Shown here: positions 23,593 to 31,702 of the stretch, in pieces | Layout: every line of letters begins with the position of its first letter | How positions within the stretch are numbered: position 1 is the stretch's first letter | Virus record (IMG/VR): IMGVR_UViG_3300019458_000017 | Span: 1 to 40,326 of that record | DNA length: 40,326 nucleotides | Reading direction: 5' to 3' (one strand) | DNA from: a virus | The notes under the pieces: model-generated | Told to the model about the DNA's origin: nothing | The model's database searches: none | Seen by the model: only the letters and a program-made list of their open reading frames with translations | Program-made: the position numbers and the translations under genes

Positions 23593-23877
23593 TCACTTCA
23601 GATGTCCTATTTTCCCAGCCTCGTAGAGTTCCAATTTCCGCTCGAACGGCACGCAGAGATCGCATGCCGCGTCTCCACAATGGATGGCGTTACAGTTCAT
23701 GCACCAGCCGCGCCGGCGGCCGGACCCCTTCACGAAGATCCACTGGCGCCCACAGTGGCAGCACTGGACGGTATCGGCGACGGTGGCGCCGTCTACGAGG
23801 AGATGGCCGCGCGGCTTCGGCGCCGATTCTGCGCGGACGATGACCTCTTCGATGGAGAGCTTTGTCTCGTCCAGCAT
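23593..23877 (-). CDS. Cys-rich zinc-binding small protein (94 aa)
   Basis: Contains CCHCG ... CMNCNAIHCGDAACDLC. Embedded in the virion operon. Confidence 0.65.
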   Translation of the reverse strand: MLDETKLSIEEVIVRAESAPKPRGHLLVDGATVADTVQCCHCGRQWIFVKGSGRRRGWCMNCNAIHCGDAACDLCVPFERKLELYEAGKIGHLK

Positions 23878-23880
23878 CGC

Positions 23881-24339
23881 CTACTCATCGAAATGAACGC
23901 ACGCTTGTTCCGCGTATGCGGTTGATGGCGACACCGCGCGCACGCCGAGTCCGCTATCGTTGGTGGCCGGAGCCAAGAGCATCCCCTTTTGATCGGCGGC
24001 AACCCACTGGACGTTCTGCCGCATGTTCTTGGGGACGTGGAGAACGATGGCGTTTGCGGTATAGGTCGGCGCGCCGGTTGGTCCCGACACGGCGTTCGCC
24101 AGAGCGGCCGGGTCAGCCGGATCGAGCGCCTGGGGAGTCACCGCCGTTCCGCCCGGCGTGCCGTTCTCCGCGGTGAACCTTTGGATGTCGTAGCCGACCG
24201 CGTTATCGGCCGGGGCGGCGCGAGATCCGATGATGATGTGGTAGAACCCGAAACGGCGCGTCGTCGCACCCACCGCGAGGTAGATGAGAGTATTGCCGTT
24301 CGTGTTCGTGTCCGAGCCTGTGATCGAGTACCGAGCCAT
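23881..24339 (-). CDS. Beta-rich structural protein (152 aa)
   Basis: ORF track entry with AAGGAGG upstream. Confidence 0.65.
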   Translation of the reverse strand: MARYSITGSDTNTNGNTLIYLAVGATTRRFGFYHIIIGSRAAPADNAVGYDIQRFTAENGTPGGTAVTPQALDPADPAALANAVSGPTGAPTYTANAIVLHVPKNMRQNVQWVAADQKGMLLAPATNDSGLGVRAVSPSTAYAEQACVHFDE

Positions 24340-24348
24340 CTGGCCTCC

Positions 24349-24477
24349 TTACGTGTACGGGGTTGGTTCCGTTCTTTCCATTGGGGGAATGGTCCGCTCA
24401 GGGATCCACGAATCGAGCGCCGGGACCGAAGGCGCGCCGGTTGGCAGAAACTCGACGAAGTGCTGCGTGGAGATCAT
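24349..24477 (-). CDS. Micro-ORF (42 aa: MISTQHFVEFLPTGAPSVPALDSWIPERTIPPMERTEPTPYT) carrying one PALDSW module
   Basis: ATGA overlap with the upstream stop (24474-24477). It shares CCACGAATCGAG at the DNA level with the repeats at about 23510. Confidence 0.5.
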   Translation of the reverse strand: MISTQHFVEFLPTGAPSVPALDSWIPERTIPPMERTEPTPYT

Positions 24478-24803
24478 ATTCTTAGCACCGCCCAGGGAAA
24501 CGCGCGGCCAGTGCCATCGGTCTGCTCCAGCGTGATCGTGATCTCGATGTCGCTGGGGACCGGCACGGAGATCTTGAGGGGCTCCGTCTGAACATCGCGA
24601 AAGGTGGCCATGTAGGCCAGGAGGAGCGTGTCGCCGCTCCGGCACTTCGTCTTGATCCGCAGCTTCAAAACGTCTCCGTTGGCCATGTTCGCCGCGTCGA
24701 CTTTAAGGACGTAAGTGGCGTTCGTGGTCACCGCTGATATGAGGTTGTGCTCGGTGTCTATCGTCGCCGTCTGGCTTCCGGAGTTTTCGAGAGTCCAGGC
24801 CAT
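24474..24803 (-). CDS. Beta-rich structural protein (109 aa)
   Basis: ORF track entry, tightly spaced in the operon. Confidence 0.65.
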   Translation of the reverse strand: MAWTLENSGSQTATIDTEHNLISAVTTNATYVLKVDAANMANGDVLKLRIKTKCRSGDTLLLAYMATFRDVQTEPLKISVPVPSDIEITITLEQTDGTGRAFPWAVLRI

Positions 24804-24806
24804 GTT

Positions 24807-25646
24807 TCATCCAAAGCAGTGAATTGCCGCGTCAACCAGCCGCGCCGGGGATGCCGCTCCGCTACACTGAAGCCTGAGCGCGATCCGCGTCCCGGCTGGG
24901 ATATCGACCGGGAAGGGGCCGAACCAGATCTGCGTCAGCATGTCGGTCGATATTCCGGAGTTGAAAGGGATGTTCGAGATGGCCGCCACTTCAGAGCCGG
25001 AGCCTCCGATGCCGAGATCGAGCCTGAAATAGTAATTATTTCTGCTGGCGTTGGCCTGGTTGCCCAGGCTGATGATCACCATCTTGGTGTCGTCGGTGGT
25101 GCTCGATGTCATCTGCGTCCAGGCGCCTTCCGTGTTGGCGGTGACGCCCGGATCTATCGAGGTCCCGCCCGAATCGGACGTGTCGTCTCCGTAGGTGACG
25201 CATTTCGTGCACGTGTTGGATGGCTTCGTGTTCCCCTGGCGCTGGAGGACGATGCCCACCTTGATGGAATGGCTCGCCACGGAGCATCGGATCCGGGCCG
25301 CGACGCGTGTCCCGCCCGGGATCGGGATCGGGATGTAGACGAATCCCTGGATCGGCTTATTGTTCTGGTGATCGAAGAGGAGATGGCTCACAAGAACGAT
25401 TTCCGACGATGCCGCGCCGATGCCGATGTCGAGGATGATCTGAGAGATCGAGGAGGTGGCAGAAGTGCCGATGGCGGAGAGCCAGAATCCGTCGCAGTAC
25501 TCTACCGTAGCGGAGACGATCTCCGTCCAGCTCGCGGCCTCCGTGTTTGGCGTCGCGCTGGCCGCGACGTCAACCGGGGTCGTGCTGGAGGCGAGCCCGA
25601 TGGCCTCGTAGGTTCCTCCGCTATTTGGTCCCGGCCAATCGCCCAT
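24807..25646 (-). CDS. Two-domain (internally duplicated) beta-rich protein (279 aa), possible receptor-binding/fibre protein
   Basis: Start is at ATG 25646, overlapping the upstream TGA by 1 nt; the track ORF runs to 25823. Both halves share NTE.A.WT...LD(I/L)GIG..SE(I/V)...P.P(G/A)GTR(V/I)A.R(I/L).CS. Confidence 0.65.
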   Translation of the reverse strand: MGDWPGPNSGGTYEAIGLASSTTPVDVAASATPNTEAASWTEIVSATVEYCDGFWLSAIGTSATSSISQIILDIGIGAASSEIVLVSHLLFDHQNNKPIQGFVYIPIPIPGGTRVAARIRCSVASHSIKVGIVLQRQGNTKPSNTCTKCVTYGDDTSDSGGTSIDPGVTANTEGAWTQMTSSTTDDTKMVIISLGNQANASRNNYYFRLDLGIGGSGSEVAAISNIPFNSGISTDMLTQIWFGPFPVDIPAGTRIALRLQCSGAASPARLVDAAIHCFG

Positions 25647-25954
25647 CAGTTGAACCTGTATCCCCCGTAGTGGGTGTTGATGATGTCTCTCAAGTCGCGT
25701 TTCTGAAGCGTGGTCAAAAGGCCGAGCGTCAGATGCGCGTCCACGTCGGCCATCACAAGCGCGGTGATGTCCACCGGCGGTACGATTGTCATCGCCCGCC
25801 AATCCAGCTTGGATTCGTCCCACTCCTCGGTGTCGAGTGGCCGCGAAGAGAATGACTTCGCAGTCAGCCCGGCGGGGAGGCTCTCCGGCTCTCGGCTGTC
25901 GCCACGCGATCTCAGGCGGCCGGTGGCCGTCTCGTAGACAACCCAGTAAGCCAT
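25646..25954 (-). CDS. Small protein (102 aa), tail-fibre-assembly-like N-terminus (tentative)
   Basis: ORF track entry beginning MAYWVVYETATGRLRS.... TAATG overlap upstream. Confidence 0.6.
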   Translation of the reverse strand: MAYWVVYETATGRLRSRGDSREPESLPAGLTAKSFSSRPLDTEEWDESKLDWRAMTIVPPVDITALVMADVDAHLTLGLLTTLQKRDLRDIINTHYGGYRFN

Positions 25955-26466
25955 TACCGTTTCCTCATGGGAGCGCGACCGGTTCCTGAGTGTTCCTCAT
26001 GTGGATCCGGATCCTTTTTTTTTTGGAACTCTTCCTTCAGCGTGCGGATGTCGTCCCGAATGACCGCGACGGCCTCACGCCTCTGCTCTTGCGATTCTTC
26101 GCCGGTCCTCGCCAAGACATCCAGCGCGCTCTTGAATGTTGCCCGTTCGTTGGCGGATGCCTTCACCTCCTCCAGCAGCGCCCTCTGGGTCTTTTGCAGC
26201 GCGACCCAGACGGCGCCTATGGCGGCCAAGAGGCCGGCCACGATGACGCCGCCCGGCAAAAGGTCCTTCCAGCGGTCTCTCTCCAGGCGATCGATGGATG
26301 CGCGTATGTCTCGCAGATCGCCTTCGACATCGGCATAGGCCTTGATGGCTATGAAGACGCCCATGGCCATGCTGAAGAAGACCGTAGCCGCCAGGGCCCA
26401 CCGGGCCTTATTCATGTTCACTTCGGCCTGGCTCACGGAGACCACCCCTGGATCTGTCTGCGCCAT
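25954..26466 (-). CDS. Membrane protein with two hydrophobic helices and a coiled-coil tail (up to 170 aa)
   Basis: Hydrophobic segments are WALAATVFFSMAMGVFIAI and GGVIVAGLLAAIGAVWVAL. The start is uncertain: 26466 overlaps the upstream gene by 34 nt, and ATG 26415 is an alternative. Confidence 0.6.
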   Translation of the reverse strand: MAQTDPGVVSVSQAEVNMNKARWALAATVFFSMAMGVFIAIKAYADVEGDLRDIRASIDRLERDRWKDLLPGGVIVAGLLAAIGAVWVALQKTQRALLEEVKASANERATFKSALDVLARTGEESQEQRREAVAVIRDDIRTLKEEFQKKKDPDPHEEHSGTGRAPMRKR

Positions 26467-27365
26467 CCCTGGACTCTGCGCGGGCGGCCCTCGACGCGAT
26501 CGGAGAGGAGGACATCCGCGGCCTTCATCTGCTCGGTCAATAGCGGGCCCAGGATCTGCACCTTCGGATCTCCATCGGCTCCGATGCGAAAGAGCGCCAC
26601 GGATCCGATGAGGGTTGGAATCATGTCCTCCGGAATCTGCGGCAACGCCGATTCTCCGGCCAAGCAGGCGTAGTCTCCTACGGCCGGAGCCATGGTGCCG
26701 AATGAGCTGCCGTCAATGGTCTCCAAGAAGGTGATGACGCTGCCGGCCGGCGCGCCGACCTGGGTGAGATCCATGAGCTTTATTTCAGCCCCGGACTCAA
26801 AGGAGTGGATGTCTATTTTGGCTCCATCAACGAAGGTGGCCGGGGGGGTGGCCGAAAGGGTGACTTGCTTAGAAGAGAGCGCCAACGCGGAGATGGTCCT
26901 TGTCTCGGCGATCGGCACCATCAGGCTTGGACGCACCATGAACGCCATTTCGAGAAATCCAGTGTAAGATCCCTGGATCGGCACCAGCTGGACGTAGTTG
27001 CCTTCAAGGTACCATCCATCCGGCGTGCCGGACCCCGGATCGGTGTAGAGGTCTATGTCCTCTCGGACAATTCGTGGCAGATACGAGCGCGTAGAGCCGT
27101 CGGAATATATGAGGTCTCTCAACTTGTTTCCCATGGCGCGATGGGGGATGCGATAGCGTGAGACCGAGCCGAGCGCGACGCGCACGCTTCGAATGCCGTA
27201 TTCTTCTCTAGCCTGCATGAGTTTCGGCATCACCGTGTCCCGCATCCGCTCGTTCACAAGCTTCAAGAGGTCCTCGTCATCGTTCCCATCGGTCTGAACC
27301 GAGTTCAGGCCTGCGGCCTGCCGGATCGAGTCGAGGAGAGTCGCCGAGTCGTATCGCAGGGCCAT
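26433..27365 (-). CDS. Structural protein (310 aa), unknown role
   Basis: ORF track entry within the virion operon. Confidence 0.65.
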   Translation of the reverse strand: MALRYDSATLLDSIRQAAGLNSVQTDGNDDEDLLKLVNERMRDTVMPKLMQAREEYGIRSVRVALGSVSRYRIPHRAMGNKLRDLIYSDGSTRSYLPRIVREDIDLYTDPGSGTPDGWYLEGNYVQLVPIQGSYTGFLEMAFMVRPSLMVPIAETRTISALALSSKQVTLSATPPATFVDGAKIDIHSFESGAEIKLMDLTQVGAPAGSVITFLETIDGSSFGTMAPAVGDYACLAGESALPQIPEDMIPTLIGSVALFRIGADGDPKVQILGPLLTEQMKAADVLLSDRVEGRPRRVQGWRRQIQGWSP

Positions 27366-27367
27366 CG

Positions 27368-29203
27368 TCAGCTCGTGGGCGGAATGAACTGGATGTAATG
27401 GATCGTGATCTTGATGGCCCCGGCGGTCCAGGTTCCGCCGTTTGGCGTCAGGAGAACGTTTGTTGCAACCAAGACGAAGGCTGGAACCGGCATGGTTAGC
27501 ACGGCCGAATTCTGATCCGCCGGCGTCGCCGTTGTGCCGGCTGCGAGCGCCTTATTGTCGGCGAATCGCGGCGCGTCTCCGGTGATTCCGAGATCCCACG
27601 AGGTCAGAGTGCCCGTCATCGTCGTCGTCACCCGGGCAGACCAGCCGATCACCAGGGATCCGGCCGGTATCGCGGATGCGTAGGTCCTGGTCCCGCCCGA
27701 CAGCCCGGTGTCGTTTACCTCGAAGGATCCGAACTTCATTTCGGCCCCGTTAAGGGATGGAAAGTGAGAGACGCCGCCGTCCTGAAGCAATTCGAGCGCC
27801 TTGTAGACGGAATCTCCCTTGTTGACGTAGAAGCGAAGAGAGCCCTGAAGCGCGCTCGGATCCGCCTGGACAACGTTGGCGCGCACGTCGGCGATTCCGT
27901 TCGTGTCTCCGAAAAGACCGGATCCGGCTACGAAAGAGACGGCCGCGCGTTCTCCTGTGGCTTCTGCGCGACGAAGAAGCGCACGCGTCATCTGGGCCGT
28001 GTTCTCGATGTCAACTTCGTGGCTTGATCCTGCGCTCAGAACGGTCAGAGGAATTCCGGCCCCTACGGTTGACCGGGTGATTTTGACGACATCATTTGCC
28101 GTGGTGCCGATGAATTCAGCGGCAAGCCCGAGTCCATCTTTGGTTACCAGGAATCCCACTCCGGTTCCGTCGTCCTCGATGACGAGTGTATTGCCGGTGC
28201 CGGTCCCGGACTTGAAGAGCCGCATCAGATTGAAATTCCCCTGCTGCTCGATGAGTGCGGCGCGATTATTCGCGGCGGACGCAACGGTAAGGCTTATGCA
28301 GGGGGCGGATCCGTTCTGAGTGCCGGAGATGAAAGAGCCGGCGCCATCCTTTACGAAGCTGATGGTCGAGCCGGTTCCGTCGTCGTCGAAGTCGAGGCAG
28401 GACCCGGCTCCGGATGCGGTCTTCAAGATCCGCATCGCGTGCTGATTGGCCTGCTGAGTCAGGACGATTATCTGTGAGTTTTGAGCCAGGGGGCCGATGA
28501 CGCCGATAGATCCGCCGGCGCCGATGGTGATCTGGTCGCCGCCATCGTAAGAAGACTGCATCGATGATGATGATGATCCCCATGATAGATTGCCGCTTCC
28601 ATCGGTGGTGAGAAAGTTGCCGGCAGAGATGGTATTTGGAAGCGTAAAGGTCAAATCGGCCGCCAACGACGCCGGAGCCCTCAGCGTGATTTTGTTGGTG
28701 CCGTTTACCGCGGCTTCAAACAATTCGATGCCGCTCTGATTGAACGCAGCCACGCCGGGTCGCAATTCGACCCAGTCGCCGATGGCGGTGTCCCAGCGCA
28801 GTTCAAGCGTCTCGTACTGGCGAAGCGTGATGTCGCCCCGGAGTCGCACGTTGGCGTTGTTCTGGATGGTGACCGTGTTGGTGGCGTGATCGCCTTGGAG
28901 GATCAGCAGTTCGCCATCTACCGTGCCGTTGGCGATGGCCGTCGTGGCGTTTAATGTCACGGGCCCTCCGGATCCGGAGACCTTATGGACCGGATGCGTG
29001 CGGGTCAGAGTCGCCGACGCGGCCAGGGAGGTCGTCGTAGACGGGAGACGCGGGATGATGACCAATCCCGGCGTTCTGCCGAAACCGCCATCAGCCGCGT
29101 CCATGAGATCGTCCAAGATGGCCGTCGCAGCCGGCCCGACGTTGTTGTCGCCTGCCTCAGGCACGTCATAGTTTTGGCCGAAGAGGCCCTTCGAATAGGT
29201 CAT
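27368..29203 (-). CDS. Tail fibre/spike-like protein (611 aa)
   Basis: Thr/Ser/Gly/Asn-rich repetitive beta sequence. The C-terminal ~125 aa are paralogous to the 29539..30009 product. Confidence 0.6.
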   Translation of the reverse strand: MTYSKGLFGQNYDVPEAGDNNVGPAATAILDDLMDAADGGFGRTPGLVIIPRLPSTTTSLAASATLTRTHPVHKVSGSGGPVTLNATTAIANGTVDGELLILQGDHATNTVTIQNNANVRLRGDITLRQYETLELRWDTAIGDWVELRPGVAAFNQSGIELFEAAVNGTNKITLRAPASLAADLTFTLPNTISAGNFLTTDGSGNLSWGSSSSSMQSSYDGGDQITIGAGGSIGVIGPLAQNSQIIVLTQQANQHAMRILKTASGAGSCLDFDDDGTGSTISFVKDGAGSFISGTQNGSAPCISLTVASAANNRAALIEQQGNFNLMRLFKSGTGTGNTLVIEDDGTGVGFLVTKDGLGLAAEFIGTTANDVVKITRSTVGAGIPLTVLSAGSSHEVDIENTAQMTRALLRRAEATGERAAVSFVAGSGLFGDTNGIADVRANVVQADPSALQGSLRFYVNKGDSVYKALELLQDGGVSHFPSLNGAEMKFGSFEVNDTGLSGGTRTYASAIPAGSLVIGWSARVTTTMTGTLTSWDLGITGDAPRFADNKALAAGTTATPADQNSAVLTMPVPAFVLVATNVLLTPNGGTWTAGAIKITIHYIQFIPPTS

Positions 29204-29529
29204 GTGCTGTATCGTCTCCCGCGGGCGTGGATGTTCACGTTAGCGGCGGCCGAAAGCTGCGCGATGACCGTCGTTGCCGGCGAGAAGCGAATCGGACGCG
29301 ACAGCCTGAATGGAATGCACGTATTCGCGCCGATCCACTGCGCGAATTTGACGGTTCCTCCGGCTCCGTCCTTCAGCGTCAAGCGGGTGGCCGTGGCCGA
29401 TTCGTTGGAGGCGATCAGATCGTCGATATAGGTGACCTTCAGTTCATTTCCGGCCGCGGCCGCAACCAGCGTCACCTCGGCCGTGGTGGTGGCCGTTATG
29501 ATGGACTCAATCGGATAGGTCTCTAGCAT
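29200..29529 (-). CDS. Beta-rich structural protein (109 aa)
   Basis: ORF track entry. Its stop overlaps the next start (ATGA). Confidence 0.65.
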   Translation of the reverse strand: MLETYPIESIITATTTAEVTLVAAAAGNELKVTYIDDLIASNESATATRLTLKDGAGGTVKFAQWIGANTCIPFRLSRPIRFSPATTVIAQLSAAANVNIHARGRRYST

Positions 29530-29538
29530 GCAGCCCCC

Positions 29539-30009
29539 TTACTCGGTGATGTCGTACCAGATTTCGACTCGTACCTTTCCGGCGGTGATGTTTCCGCTGG
29601 TGCCTCCGGAGACCTGGATGACCAGATCCTGCGGGGCGTTGTACGGCACGGTGATCGCCGACGCGCCATCGGCGAAGGTCACCTTCGTTCCGGCTGCGAG
29701 CGCCTGAGTCGTCAACGCGCGCGTGCCGTACTGCGTGTTTCCGGCCGCATGTCCGATGTTGATGGTGGTCCTGTCTCCGCCGGTGGTGATGGTCTCCAGC
29801 ACGGTGAGGCCGTAACCGCGGACGATGGCGCCGTCCGGAATCATGGCGGTGATGGTGGAAGTCGTGCCGCCGGTCGACAGCGTGTGCTCGACCACCTTCG
29901 GCACGGCGGACCGGAAGGTTCGAAAGTTGCTGCCGACTCCGTTTTTCACTCGGAGCGAATCCTTCGACGCGGACGTAGAGAATTTTCCGTTGACGATTTC
30001 GATGCCCAT
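29539..30009 (-). CDS. Beta-rich structural protein (156 aa), possible capsid decoration or fibre-related
   Basis: GAAGGAG upstream. Paralogous to the C-terminus of the 611-aa protein (IP.G..V.G, ALAAGT, TAG..(K/R)(I/V).I.Y). Confidence 0.65.
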   Translation of the reverse strand: MGIEIVNGKFSTSASKDSLRVKNGVGSNFRTFRSAVPKVVEHTLSTGGTTSTITAMIPDGAIVRGYGLTVLETITTGGDRTTINIGHAAGNTQYGTRALTTQALAAGTKVTFADGASAITVPYNAPQDLVIQVSGGTSGNITAGKVRVEIWYDITE

Positions 30010-30080
30010 ATGAGTCTCCTTCTTCGGCTGCTATGGGCCTACGAGCCCAAGTGGCGGAACCCGCCGCGGCCGAGTTACTC

Positions 30081-30248
30081 CTACGAAAGAAGAGGCTTCA
30101 TGTAGTCTGGGAATTTGGACGCGGGAGGCGATGGCTTCTCTTCCTTCTTAACCGAGGGAGTTTTCGCCTTCGAATCAGCCCTTCTGAATATGCGGTGAAT
30201 CGTCTTCAACGCCTCGCCGATGATCTCGTCCTCTTCTTTCGACCTCAT
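30081..30248 (-). CDS. Small Lys/Glu-rich protein (55 aa from ATG 30248)
   Basis: GGAGG lies 5 nt upstream of ATG 30248. The track ORF extends to 30287. Confidence 0.45.
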   Translation of the reverse strand: MRSKEEDEIIGEALKTIHRIFRRADSKAKTPSVKKEEKPSPPASKFPDYMKPLLS

Positions 30249-30314
30249 GAAGCCTCCACGTAGAATCCCGCGGGCGCCCGCTCTCACACGAGCGCCGCGA
30301 GAAATCCGAATCGA

Positions 30315-31634
30315 TCAGTTGACCATGTTCTCGAACCTGACGGCGTGCGATGGAATCGTGTGGCAGTACGCGGAATCGTGCCACAGACGGAACTCGAACC
30401 CGGCGTTGTCCTTCAGTTCCGTCAGGATGTCTCCGCTGACCTTGATGGCCGATCTCGGGGTGAACTCTCCCGCGGTCGGCCGAGAGAAGTTGAGCTCAAA
30501 GGACCCTGGCCGGACGAGCTCATCCCAAGAGAAGAGATAGGAATAGCCGCGGCGAACGAGTGGATGCGCGAGAATCTCGATCTCGCCGAGCGCGCACTCG
30601 TAGATGATCTTTCGATTGCCGAGCTCTCCGACTCCCTTCTTGTACGATCCGTCGTAACGCCTGTCCGCGGCCAGGTCCTGATTGAGCGTGCTCCAGGTCT
30701 TCGGCGATACGAACTGAACGAGCATATCGGAGTCTGAACCCATGTCTTGGATGCGAGACGCGCCGTCCTGGACGATGTTGAAATCGAGCCGAGTCGCGCC
30801 AACGTCTACGACGTTTCCGGCGACCACCTCGTTCGTGGCGGCGTCGAGCGTGAAGTGGATTCCGGTGTTTCCGAACTGAAGATGGAGCCCCCTCATGGAG
30901 TTGTGGAGCGTGCCGGAAAGAACGTACTGGCCCAGGAAGAAGACCTTGTCCGTGGCCACGATGGAGTCCTGCGCCGTGTCGTCGCCGGTGATCGTGATGG
31001 TGCGATTGGTGACGTTGATGGCCGAGATGGTGAATGCGCCGGTGCCGAACGTGCTCGGGGGCGTCGAGGCCGTTCCGCGTTGGGCCGCCAAGCTTGTCGA
31101 GAAGACCTCCACCTTGGCATTCTTCATGCCCACCCAGGCCGCCGGCGCGTACTCGGCCTCGGTAAGGGTAAGCGTGTTCACTCCGGCCGTTCCGGGCGTA
31201 TTCGTCTGGACGATGCCGAGGCAATACTGGCCGTAAAGGGCATCCAGTTCGATTCTCCGGCGAGCGTTGTTTCGCGCGCTGAGGGCCGTGCGTCCGATGA
31301 TCGAATCCGAAGCGGCTTGCTTCTTCATCGACTGCGACGCGCCGGGGTAGGAGACGGAGGACCTGAAGCAGTGTTCGAAGCCTCGGACCTCCATTTGATC
31401 GATGCGGCCATCGACCGACGCAAAGAGCCCGAAGGCCCCGTTGTCGGCCCGCGAGTAGGTCGCGCCCTGCTCTTCGCTGGTCGTGATCGGGACGACGTAC
31501 CGTTCTCCGATCTTCTCGAAGTCCTCGATGTCCTTTTTGGCTTGGAGAACGGCGTTCGTGCCGAAACTGAGGATGATTTTCTCGGCGTAACGCCTTTTGA
31601 AAAGTCCGGGTGCAGTGAGTAATTCTGCGGCCAT
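30315..31634 (-). CDS. Major capsid protein candidate (439 aa)
   Basis: Follows the portal and scaffold-like genes, with GAAAGAGAGG upstream. Called from size and position only; no motif verified. Confidence 0.65.
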   Translation of the reverse strand: MAAELLTAPGLFKRRYAEKIILSFGTNAVLQAKKDIEDFEKIGERYVVPITTSEEQGATYSRADNGAFGLFASVDGRIDQMEVRGFEHCFRSSVSYPGASQSMKKQAASDSIIGRTALSARNNARRRIELDALYGQYCLGIVQTNTPGTAGVNTLTLTEAEYAPAAWVGMKNAKVEVFSTSLAAQRGTASTPPSTFGTGAFTISAINVTNRTITITGDDTAQDSIVATDKVFFLGQYVLSGTLHNSMRGLHLQFGNTGIHFTLDAATNEVVAGNVVDVGATRLDFNIVQDGASRIQDMGSDSDMLVQFVSPKTWSTLNQDLAADRRYDGSYKKGVGELGNRKIIYECALGEIEILAHPLVRRGYSYLFSWDELVRPGSFELNFSRPTAGEFTPRSAIKVSGDILTELKDNAGFEFRLWHDSAYCHTIPSHAVRFENMVN

Positions 31635-31702
31635 CTGGCGGCCTCTCTTTCGTGCATGCGGCAGGTGAGAGACTGCCTATGGCTTGTCTAGTTCGATGTT
31701 TA

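Noticed and set aside
26015-26024. T10 (A10 on the coding strand) homopolymer inside the 170-aa membrane-protein gene, considered as a programmed slippage site.
   Set aside because: Hand translation of both shifted frames downstream hits stops within about 5-16 codons (ACA TGA in one frame, CCA TGA in the other). No fusion to the next gene is produced. It may still cause length heterogeneity or sequencing error, but there is no evidence for recoding.
30389-30403. tRNA T-arm-like sequence (the complement reads CCGGGTTCGAGTTCC).
   Set aside because: It lies inside the capsid-gene reading frame (..FEFRLWHD..). No acceptor stem, anticodon arm or D-arm can be drawn around it. No tRNA was found anywhere in the window.
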